The notes beneath the pieces were generated by a model that was given only the letters and a program-made list of their open reading frames with translations, did no database searches and had not been told where the DNA came from. A DNA stretch of 64,000 bases from Armatimonadota bacterium. GTDB taxonomy: Bacteria > Armatimonadota > Zipacnadia > Zipacnadales > UBA11051. Positions 57,144 through 64,000 of the stretch are shown here, in pieces; the first letter of the stretch is position 1, and each line of letters begins with the position of its first letter. The position numbers were made by a program, and so were the translations under genes. The stretch lies in the NCBI GenBank assembly GCA_013178155.1, contig JABLXH010000002.1, positions 116,523-180,522 on the forward strand, read 5' to 3'.

Positions 57144-57183
57144 CAGGGCCGGCCTCTCTCGCGGGGCCGGCCCTGTGTTGTCT
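57144..57183. terminator. Bidirectional terminator-like hairpin between convergent genes
   Basis: 11-bp perfect stem CAGGGCCGGCC / GGCCGGCCCTG followed by TGTTGTCTG. Confidence 0.45.
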
Positions 57184-57196
57184 GCCGCCATGGGCG

Positions 57197-59386
57197 CTAC
57201 TTGGTGAGCTTCACGGTCTGCTCCGACACCACTGCGCCCGAGGCATCGAGTAGCTGCGCCAGGACCGTGTACTCGTTGGCTTTGCCGAGGAAGACCTCAG
57301 GGCTCACCTCCGGGCTCTGCCAGCGTCCCTCGCTGTCGGCCTTGAGATTGCCCTGCCAGAGCTGTCCTGTCACCGTCGTAATGAGCCGGGTGCGAAAACT
57401 GATAGTCAGGCGCACGGTGCTGCCCGGGGGCGCGGTCCCTTCGACGACGATGGGGTCCGTCACCGCACTGCCGTCGGCCGGACTGGCAATCTGCAGCTCA
57501 TTGGGCAGTGTGGCGTCAATGGTCAGGCGGTTGGTTGCAGCCATGGTGGCGGCTTTGCCCCCCGGTGGGCGGTAGCGCACTGTAACCTCGGCGTCTGTAA
57601 CCTGATCGCCGGCTTGCACGGTGTAGGTGCCGCGGTAGTTGAGGGTGTTGCCGTCCCGCGTCATGGGCAGTCCGCGCTTCCAGTCGCCGATGCTAAACGT
57701 CGCCACCCCGCCTGGCTCCGCCACACGGGCGCTCACCGTGACTGTCTGGCCCAGTAAGAGCACCCCGCGCGCGTTGTGCCACACGGCCGCGATGGCAGCC
57801 GCCGCAGGAGCCGAGACACGGAAGGCCCACTCGTTGGTGGCCTCATTGCCCGCCAGGTCTTGCAGGCGGACCTGCACCCGATGCTTCCCGGGCGCGAGGT
57901 CCTGGGCATTGTAGATCGCCCTCCCATCACCGACCGCTGTGTCTGCGGTTACGTCCTCCCCGTCCACATGCAGCGTCACACTGGCGGCGTCAACGCCGGA
58001 GCCCTCCCCATCGCTGTAGCCGATCTCGATGCTGGGGCTGCTGTTCTCAACCACGCTGTCCGGCGCGGGGATACTGTCGGCGAAGACCGGGGCCGTGTTG
58101 TCAATGGTCAGGGTCTGGACCGCCATGACCGGTCGGGCCCGTTTGCCGCCCTTGGTGAGATTCCCGACCAGTCGGAGGCCCTTGGCCTCCACGCCTGCGG
58201 GCACAGTGAAGTCCGCCCGGTACACCCCCGGCTCCGCTTCCGGCAGAGCCACCGACGGAGCCACACGGTTGGAGATGCTGGCACTGGCCTCCCCGCCCGG
58301 AGTGCCCTGCAACTGGATGGACAGCACATCACCCGACTTGAAGGCTGTTCCCGGGTTGCTCAAGCCGATGGTCAGGATCTCAACCTTCTCGCTGGCAGGG
58401 GGTGGTGTCGGCGCAGCCGCCAGCTCGATCTGCCATATGGTGCGTGTCATGGGCTGGAAGCGAGCGGTGACTTCGCTGCCGGCCGTGACCTGTTGCAGAC
58501 TGGCCGCACTGCCATCCGCCATGCTCACGCGCACATTGCTGCTCAGGGATAGGGCGCTGCCATCCTCAAAGAGCAAGGTGTTGGCGGCGACGGCGGCTAT
58601 CTTGCCCGTCTTCTCGCCGTACGAAGCAGCTAGCTGCTGAACCTTGCCCTCCGCATCCACCTGAGCCTGGACCAGGTCTCCGACCTGTAGGTCGGCGGCC
58701 TGCGCGGGCGCCGCTCCTCCGTCAGCGGGGCCGCGGGTGAGGGGCGTGCCGGGTGGGAGCTGGAGCAGGCGCAGGTTGTCGCTGCCACTGAGCTGCAGGA
58801 CGACACTGGGCACCGCGCCCTGGAAGAGCTGCACCACCGTGCCCTCCAGCGATGTGAGCTCCGGAACCGGCGGCTCTACCACTGCCGGAGGACCCACAAC
58901 GGTTGGGGGCCCCTCGGTGGGCGGTAGAGCGGTCGCGCCACCAGACGTTCCGTCCAGCGGGATGTCGATGAAGGCGGTCTGCAAGGCAGGGTCCCATTTC
59001 ACCGTGCCGCCGAAGGCCTCGGCCGGGAAGCGTAGCGGGACGTAGGTGCTGCCCCCGATCAGCATCGGCGCCACCGGCAGCGGCACTGACGCCCCGTTGA
59101 CCTTGGCGGTGCGTACACCGATCGTGAGCTCGATGGTGGTATTGCCGCGAATGGCGAGAATCATCTGCTGGGCGGCAAACCATTTCACTTCGGCATTGAG
59201 CGCCTCAAAGACGTCGCGCATGGGCAGCAGGATGCTCCCGCTAACATTGACGGGCGACCGACTGGTGATCAGTGGCGCGCCGTTGATGACGACGGAGGCC
59301 GCAAACACGCTACTGGTCATGCCGAGCAGGGCGAGCACGAGGCCGACCGACCGCGAAAGCCTCTGCCCTAACGGTTGGCTTCGCAT
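57197..59386 (-). CDS. Secreted copper-amine-oxidase N-terminal-domain (stalk-like) protein with Ig-like repeats
   Basis: Signal peptide. Two VNGxxxxLPxxxxxGxTxVPLR...WD repeats at the N-terminus. Long Thr/Val-rich beta-sandwich-like repeats. Confidence 0.6.
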   Translation of the reverse strand: MRSQPLGQRLSRSVGLVLALLGMTSSVFAASVVINGAPLITSRSPVNVSGSILLPMRDVFEALNAEVKWFAAQQMILAIRGNTTIELTIGVRTAKVNGASVPLPVAPMLIGGSTYVPLRFPAEAFGGTVKWDPALQTAFIDIPLDGTSGGATALPPTEGPPTVVGPPAVVEPPVPELTSLEGTVVQLFQGAVPSVVLQLSGSDNLRLLQLPPGTPLTRGPADGGAAPAQAADLQVGDLVQAQVDAEGKVQQLAASYGEKTGKIAAVAANTLLFEDGSALSLSSNVRVSMADGSAASLQQVTAGSEVTARFQPMTRTIWQIELAAAPTPPPASEKVEILTIGLSNPGTAFKSGDVLSIQLQGTPGGEASASISNRVAPSVALPEAEPGVYRADFTVPAGVEAKGLRLVGNLTKGGKRARPVMAVQTLTIDNTAPVFADSIPAPDSVVENSSPSIEIGYSDGEGSGVDAASVTLHVDGEDVTADTAVGDGRAIYNAQDLAPGKHRVQVRLQDLAGNEATNEWAFRVSAPAAAAIAAVWHNARGVLLLGQTVTVSARVAEPGGVATFSIGDWKRGLPMTRDGNTLNYRGTYTVQAGDQVTDAEVTVRYRPPGGKAATMAATNRLTIDATLPNELQIASPADGSAVTDPIVVEGTAPPGSTVRLTISFRTRLITTVTGQLWQGNLKADSEGRWQSPEVSPEVFLGKANEYTVLAQLLDASGAVVSEQTVKLTK

Positions 59387-59580
59387 GCGAAATCACCCTT
59401 TCGATTCTATGGGAGGTGGCTCTTGGTGTGGTTCGTCCCTTCGAGGGGCATTCCCTTTCGCACCATCTGCCAAACCCCCGTTTGGGGGTGATGGCGCTCT
59501 TTCCTGGCCGTTCTTCCCCTGAGTGAGCGATTGTGCTATGATTCCCCGGGCGGCCAATCGCGAGCGAGGAACTGGTCCCT

Positions 59581-59958
59581 TTGAGCTACACGGCAGGCGT
59601 AATACTGGCCTGCGGAGCCATGGCCGTCGTCATTGGTATGGCTCACCAGATCTGGCTTTACACCCGCGGCCACAGCCTGATCACACGCCGCCAGTTCGTC
59701 CTGCGGATCGTCAATGGGCTTCTGCTGCTAACCACGGTCGCAATGATCTTTGCGGGTTCGGCCTATCGCCCGCAGGACCTGAGGCTGGCCCTGCTGCTAT
59801 GGGCTGTGTTGACCGTGTTGCCAGTGGCTGTGATCATTCTGGCGCTGGTTGACCTCCGCGAGATCCAGCGCGTTCGGCACCAGCGCCAAGCTGAACTCTA
59901 CCAACACTTGGCCCAGTTGCAGAGCGAGTTACGCGACAAGGGGGCAGACAAGCGCTGA
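59581..59958 (+). CDS. Small hypothetical membrane protein (three predicted TMs) immediately upstream of ribD
   Basis: TTG start per ORF track; start uncertain; hydrophobic. Confidence 0.3.
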   Translation: MSYTAGVILACGAMAVVIGMAHQIWLYTRGHSLITRRQFVLRIVNGLLLLTTVAMIFAGSAYRPQDLRLALLLWAVLTVLPVAVIILALVDLREIQRVRHQRQAELYQHLAQLQSELRDKGADKR

Positions 59959-59978
59959 GCGAGGGCCCCGAACTCTGG

Positions 59979-61055
59979 ATGCGGCGAGCCCTAGAGCTGG
60001 CGGAGCGCGGCCTTGGACGCACCTCTCCGAACCCGGCGGTGGGGGCTGTGGTGGTGCGCGAGGGCGAGGTGGTTGCCGAGGCCTGGCACCAGCGGGCTGG
60101 GGAGCTGCATGCCGAGCGTCTGGCGCTCCTGCAGGCGGGCGAACGCGCACGTGGCGCTGAGCTTTACTGCACCCTGGAACCATGCTGCCACTACGGACGC
60201 ACGCCGCCGTGCACTGACATCATCATCCAGAGTGGTGTCAGTGCGGTCTGGTACGCGGCCGACGACCCGGACCCGCGCTGTGCCGGCAAGGGCGCCGAGA
60301 CGCTCCGGGCCGCTGGTGTCACCGTCCATCGGGGCTTGCTGGCCCCTGAGGCTGAACGGCTCAACGAGGCATATCTGCAGCACAAACGGACCGGGCTACC
60401 GTTCGTCACCGTGAAGCTGGCGTGCAGTCTGGACGGGAAGGTGGCGACCCGCACCGGCCAGTCGCGCTGGATTACGGGGCCTGAGGCTCGCACCCTCGTC
60501 CATGAGTTGCGGGATCGGTCTGACGCTGTTATGGTGGGAGTCGGGACGGTACTGGCCGACGACCCCCAACTGAATGTGCGCCTCGACCGCGAAGGGACGA
60601 GCGACCCCTTGCGGGTCGTGGTGGACTCGCGCGCCCGGACGCCGGCGGAGGCCAGAGTCCTGGCTCCCGGCGCTCCCTGCGTCGTGGCGGTCACCACTGG
60701 CGCCGCCCCAGACCGGGTGCAGAAGCTGGTGGCGGCAGGGGCTGAAGTGCTGTCGCTGCCCTCTGACCACGGCCAAGTGGACCTGCGAGCGCTGCTGACA
60801 GAGTTGGGCGCCAGAGGCGTGATGAGTCTGCTGTGCGAAGGCGGCCCCACCCTGGCGGCGTCGCTGCTTACCGCCGGACTGGTCAATAAGTGCCTGTTCT
60901 TCTATGCCCCGAAGCTGCTGGGGAGTGAGGGGCTGTCAGCGGTCGGGGAGCTGGGCCTTGACGAGGTGGCCCAGGCGCCGACCCTGCGGCTCGAGGAAGT
61001 AAGAAGACTCGGAGATGACCTGCTGGTGACGGCGTACCCGTGTTCACCGGACTGA
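59979..61055 (+). CDS. ribD: Bifunctional riboflavin biosynthesis deaminase/reductase
   Basis: MRRALELAERGLGRTSPNPAVG start; deaminase HAE...PCxxC zinc motif (CTLEPCCHYGRTPPC); C-terminal reductase domain. Confidence 0.9.
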   Translation: MRRALELAERGLGRTSPNPAVGAVVVREGEVVAEAWHQRAGELHAERLALLQAGERARGAELYCTLEPCCHYGRTPPCTDIIIQSGVSAVWYAADDPDPRCAGKGAETLRAAGVTVHRGLLAPEAERLNEAYLQHKRTGLPFVTVKLACSLDGKVATRTGQSRWITGPEARTLVHELRDRSDAVMVGVGTVLADDPQLNVRLDREGTSDPLRVVVDSRARTPAEARVLAPGAPCVVAVTTGAAPDRVQKLVAAGAEVLSLPSDHGQVDLRALLTELGARGVMSLLCEGGPTLAASLLTAGLVNKCLFFYAPKLLGSEGLSAVGELGLDEVAQAPTLRLEEVRRLGDDLLVTAYPCSPD

Positions 61056-61675
61056 TTCGCGAAATCGGCACCATCTTAAGCGTGCGGCCGACCGCCACGG
61101 GGCGCGACCTGGTCGTTCGGTGTCCGCTGCTGGCCGCCGAGGCGCTGACGGGCGACAGCATTGCCGCCAACGGTGTCTGCCTGACCGTAACCGCGCTGAC
61201 CGGCGACGGCTACGCTTGCCACGCGGGCGCTGAGACCCTTGGCCGTAGCACTGCTGGCTCCTGGGAGCCCGGGCGGCGTCTGAACCTGGAGCCGGCGCTG
61301 CGAGTCGGGGACCGTCTGGGCGGGCATTTTGTGCAGGGCCATGTGGACTGCGTAGGCCGATGTGTGGGACGACAGGCCCGCGGGGAGACCGTCCTTTTTG
61401 AGTTCAGCCTGCCTCCTGAGCAGTCCGTTTTCCTGGTGGAAAAGGGCAGCGTGGCCGTGGACGGCATCAGTCTGACCGTCACAGGTGTCCGCGATGACGT
61501 GTTCGGGGTAGCCATCATCCCCCACACCCTCGCCCAGACCACGCTGCAGGACATGCAACCCGGCCAAGACGTGAACATCGAGGTCGATATCCTGGCCAAG
61601 TATGTGCACCGTGCGCTGGGGTTGCGCGCAGGCGGCATCACCTCCGAGTTTCTCGCGGAGCACGGCTACATGTAG
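61040..61675 (+). CDS. ribE: Riboflavin synthase alpha subunit
   Basis: MFTGLIREIGTI start. Duplicated lumazine-binding repeats (GDSIAANGVCLTV / GSVAVDGISLTV). Confidence 0.9.
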   Translation: MFTGLIREIGTILSVRPTATGRDLVVRCPLLAAEALTGDSIAANGVCLTVTALTGDGYACHAGAETLGRSTAGSWEPGRRLNLEPALRVGDRLGGHFVQGHVDCVGRCVGRQARGETVLFEFSLPPEQSVFLVEKGSVAVDGISLTVTGVRDDVFGVAIIPHTLAQTTLQDMQPGQDVNIEVDILAKYVHRALGLRAGGITSEFLAEHGYM

Positions 61676-61693
61676 GAGCGTCGGCGGGGACTG

Positions 61694-62941
61694 ATGCCCC
61701 GCCTCGAGACGACCATGGACGCAGACGATGCGGTACAAGCAGCGCTGGAGACCCTACGACGCGGCAGCTTCGTGATCGTGGTGGACGAACACGAGCCAGG
61801 GGCGTCCGGCGATCTGGTGCTGGCCGCCAGCGAGGCTACTGCTGAGCGGCTCAACTTCATGATGCGGGAGGCCCGTGGCCTGATGGTCGTGGCGCTGACC
61901 CCGGAGCGCCTGGACGAACTCGACCTGCCGCCAATGGTCTCCGACCTGTGGCAGGTGGACAGCGACCGGGCGGCTTTTGCCGTCTCCGTGGACGCCCGTA
62001 TCGGCGGCGACGATAGTGCCGTGGGCAAGGCGACAACCATCGCCGCGCTGCTGAACCCGGAGACGACCCCCCGCGACCTGCTGCGACCGGGTCACATCCT
62101 GCCGGTGCGGGCAGCCCCGGGCGGCTGCCTCGTGCGCGCTGGGCACACCGAGGCGGCGCTGGACCTGGCCCACCTGGCCGGCCTCTACCCGGCGGCGGTT
62201 CTGTGCCGTATACTGGCTCCCGATGGCCAGCCCGCGGACCTGCAGCAGCTTCGAGAGTTTGCGGCCCGCCATGACCTTCCCATCGTCTCAATCGCCGAGC
62301 TCATCGCTCGCCGGCGCACCACCGAGAAGCTGGTCATCCGCCAGGCCGAGGCGCTGCTACCGACGGTGTTTGGGGAGTTTCGAGTCATCATCTACTCCAG
62401 TGTGCTGGACGGCGCTGACTACATCGCTATCTGCAAGGGCGACCTGAGTGCCTGTGCGGCACCGCTGGTGCGCGTGCACTCTGGCTGTGTGACCGGCGAC
62501 CTGCTGGGGTCATTGAAGTGTGACTGCGGCTGGCAGCTCTCGGCCGCGCTGCAGATGATCGAGGCCGAAGGCTGTGGCGTGCTGGTCTACATTCCCGGAC
62601 ACGAAGGCCGGGGCATCGGCCTGGCCAACAAGATCCGGGCCTATCACCTCCAGGACTGTGGGCTGGACACGGTCGAGGCGAACGTGGCACTGGGTTTCCC
62701 GCCCGATCTGCGAGACTATGGCCTCGGGGCACAGGTACTGGCCGATCTGGGGATCACGCGCATGCGGCTGATGACGAACAACCCCGCCAAGTACGCAGCA
62801 CTGATTGGGCACGGCCTGGAAGTTGTGGAACGCGTCTCGCTGGAGTGCCCGGGCAATCAGTACAACCTGCGGTACCTGGTCACCAAACGGGACAAGCTGG
62901 GGCATTTGCTGCAGCAGTGCGATACCGATGAGGGAGATTAG
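61694..62941 (+). CDS. ribBA: Bifunctional 3,4-dihydroxy-2-butanone-4-phosphate synthase / GTP cyclohydrolase II
   Basis: DHBP synthase N-terminal half ([12 protein letters not shown]...EGDLV); GCH-II zinc motif CDCGWQL and [15 protein letters not shown]. Confidence 0.95.
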   Translation: MPRLETTMDADDAVQAALETLRRGSFVIVVDEHEPGASGDLVLAASEATAERLNFMMREARGLMVVALTPERLDELDLPPMVSDLWQVDSDRAAFAVSVDARIGGDDSAVGKATTIAALLNPETTPRDLLRPGHILPVRAAPGGCLVRAGHTEAALDLAHLAGLYPAAVLCRILAPDGQPADLQQLREFAARHDLPIVSIAELIARRRTTEKLVIRQAEALLPTVFGEFRVIIYSSVLDGADYIAICKGDLSACAAPLVRVHSGCVTGDLLGSLKCDCGWQLSAALQMIEAEGCGVLVYIPGHEGRGIGLANKIRAYHLQDCGLDTVEANVALGFPPDLRDYGLGAQVLADLGITRMRLMTNNPAKYAALIGHGLEVVERVSLECPGNQYNLRYLVTKRDKLGHLLQQCDTDEGD

Positions 62942-62943
62942 AG

Positions 62944-63417
62944 ATGGCCAACTATGAGGGCACCTACGAGGCGGCTGGATTGAGGTTTGCAGTGGTGGTC
63001 AGCCGCTTCAATGATTTCATCACTCGGCGACTGCTGGACGGGGCTCAGGACGCCATCAACCGGCACGGTGGCGATGCGACACAGTGCGACTATGCCTGGG
63101 TGCCGGGCGCCTTTGAGTTGCCCCTGGTCGCCAAGCGGCTGGCGGAGAGCGGACGCTACGATGCCGTTATCTGCCTGGGGGCGGTCATCCGCGGCGGGAC
63201 GGCGCACTTCGACTACGTTGCCGGCGAGGCGGCCAAGGGCATCGGGCTGGCCAACTTGCAGACTGGGGTGCCCATCGTCTTTGGCGTGCTGACGACCGAC
63301 ACCCTGGAACAGGCCATCGAGCGGGCGGGTGTGAAGCTCTCGAACCGCGGCGCCGAGGCCGCCATGACGGCCATCGAGATGGCAAACCTGCTGAAGCAGT
63401 TGCCGAAGGGAGACTAA
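62944..63417 (+). CDS. ribH: 6,7-dimethyl-8-ribityllumazine synthase
   Basis: [21 protein letters not shown] ... WVPGAFELP ... [15 protein letters not shown]. Confidence 0.95.
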   Translation: MANYEGTYEAAGLRFAVVVSRFNDFITRRLLDGAQDAINRHGGDATQCDYAWVPGAFELPLVAKRLAESGRYDAVICLGAVIRGGTAHFDYVAGEAAKGIGLANLQTGVPIVFGVLTTDTLEQAIERAGVKLSNRGAEAAMTAIEMANLLKQLPKGD

Positions 63418-63418
63418 C

Positions 63419-64000
63419 ATGCAGCAGCGGGCGGGTGTGAGTGGCTGCGCCCTACTGGCGCTGGCCCTGGCCTTTGGGGTGGTGGGCGGCGTTGGTGGGG
63501 CGTACGTGATCTGCCAGCGCGTGCTCGCGCGGACGCAGCCAGCGGACCAGACCCTGTCGACCGCCCCGAGCACTGACACCACCAAGCTGGTCGTAACGAG
63601 CGATGAGAACGCCATCGTGAAGGCCGTGAAGAAGGCGGGGCCTTCAGTGGTGAAGATCGTTGCCGCCCAGGAGCCGGTCAGCCCGTGGGAGTACTTCTAT
63701 GGTGGGGGCCCGCGCGTGGGCATCGGTTCCGGCTTCATCGTCACCTACAAGGGGCGACAGGTCGTCCTCACCAATCACCACGTCATCGCGGGGGCCCAGC
63801 GCCTGGTGGTCAAGCTCACCGATGGCCGCCAGATCGAGGGAAGGTACGGCGGGTCGGAGGAGAGCTCGGACATTGGAGTCGTGGAACTGGTGGACCCGCC
63901 GGCGGGGCTCAAGAGCGCTACCCTGGGCGACAGCGAGGCCCTGCAGATCGGTGAGTGGGTCATCGCTATCGGCAACCCCTTTGACTATGAGAACACCGTC
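63419..64000 (+). CDS. HtrA/DegP-family trypsin-like serine protease, N-terminal part (runs off the window end)
   Basis: Translated by hand: signal/TM, then GSGFIV...TNHHVIAGA (His), DIGVVEL (Asp), GNPF. Not in the ORF track because no stop is reached. Confidence 0.85.
   Translation, partial: MQQRAGVSGCALLALALAFGVVGGVGGAYVICQRVLARTQPADQTLSTAPSTDTTKLVVTSDENAIVKAVKKAGPSVVKIVAAQEPVSPWEYFYGGGPRVGIGSGFIVTYKGRQVVLTNHHVIAGAQRLVVKLTDGRQIEGRYGGSEESSDIGVVELVDPPAGLKSATLGDSEALQIGEWVIAIGNPFDYENTV

Noticed and set aside
59387-59580. FMN riboswitch upstream of the rib operon
   Set aside because: None of the conserved RFN motifs (AGGGTGAAATTCCC, GACAGTGAAAGTCTGGATGGGAGA-like) were found by eye. This needs an Infernal scan to be definitive.
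1-64000. CRISPR arrays, IS elements, integrases, phage genes
   Set aside because: No direct-repeat/spacer periodicity, no transposase/integrase/recombinase-like ORFs and no inverted terminal repeats were seen. The AT-rich islands are short promoter regions, not insertion scars.

Overview
This is a 64 kb, high-GC (about 65-70%), densely coding bacterial window with no rRNA, tRNA, CRISPR array or recognisable mobile element. The organism looks like a diderm bacterium: LptF/G permease, L,D-transpeptidase, and a riboflavin operon in ribD-ribE-ribBA-ribH order. Housekeeping genes present are guaA-hpt-rho, fabG, acpS and ribDE(BA)H. The rest is cell-envelope and glycan machinery: two DegT aminotransferases, two cysteine-decorated GT9 heptosyltransferase-like genes, a GT4, amidohydrolases and a Gfo/Idh/MocA oxidoreductase. 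Many large exported or intracellular glycoside-hydrolase-like proteins are also present: DUF4091, GH106-like, two GH42-like and a beta-helix/CBM protein. The most unusual content falls into five groups. (1) A 1576-aa single polypeptide fuses a PA/M28 peptidase-like ectodomain (active site apparently degenerate, interrupted by a coiled coil) to a 3-TM segment and a MacB/FtsX-type permease domain, with no ABC ATPase nearby. It sits directly downstream of a 665-aa polytopic membrane protein whose only paralog in the window (702 aa) lies next to another giant exported GH42-like protein. (2) Two tandem paralogous secreted proteins share an unrecognised C-terminal domain with tandem NP[DE]GR[YFW]G motifs. 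Each is driven by an identical near-consensus TTGACA-N18-TACTAT promoter embedded in a short AT-rich island. (3) A divergent thymidylate-synthase-fold protein lacks the canonical N-terminal ThyA motifs. (4) A membrane sensor 'pseudo-kinase' lacks the phospho-acceptor His but carries an intact receiver domain. (5) An AbrB-type/PIN (VapBC-like) toxin-antitoxin pair has a clear promoter plus a perfect palindromic operator. Gene starts were refined by hand from RBS spacing. All functional calls are from motif recognition by eye, not database searches.
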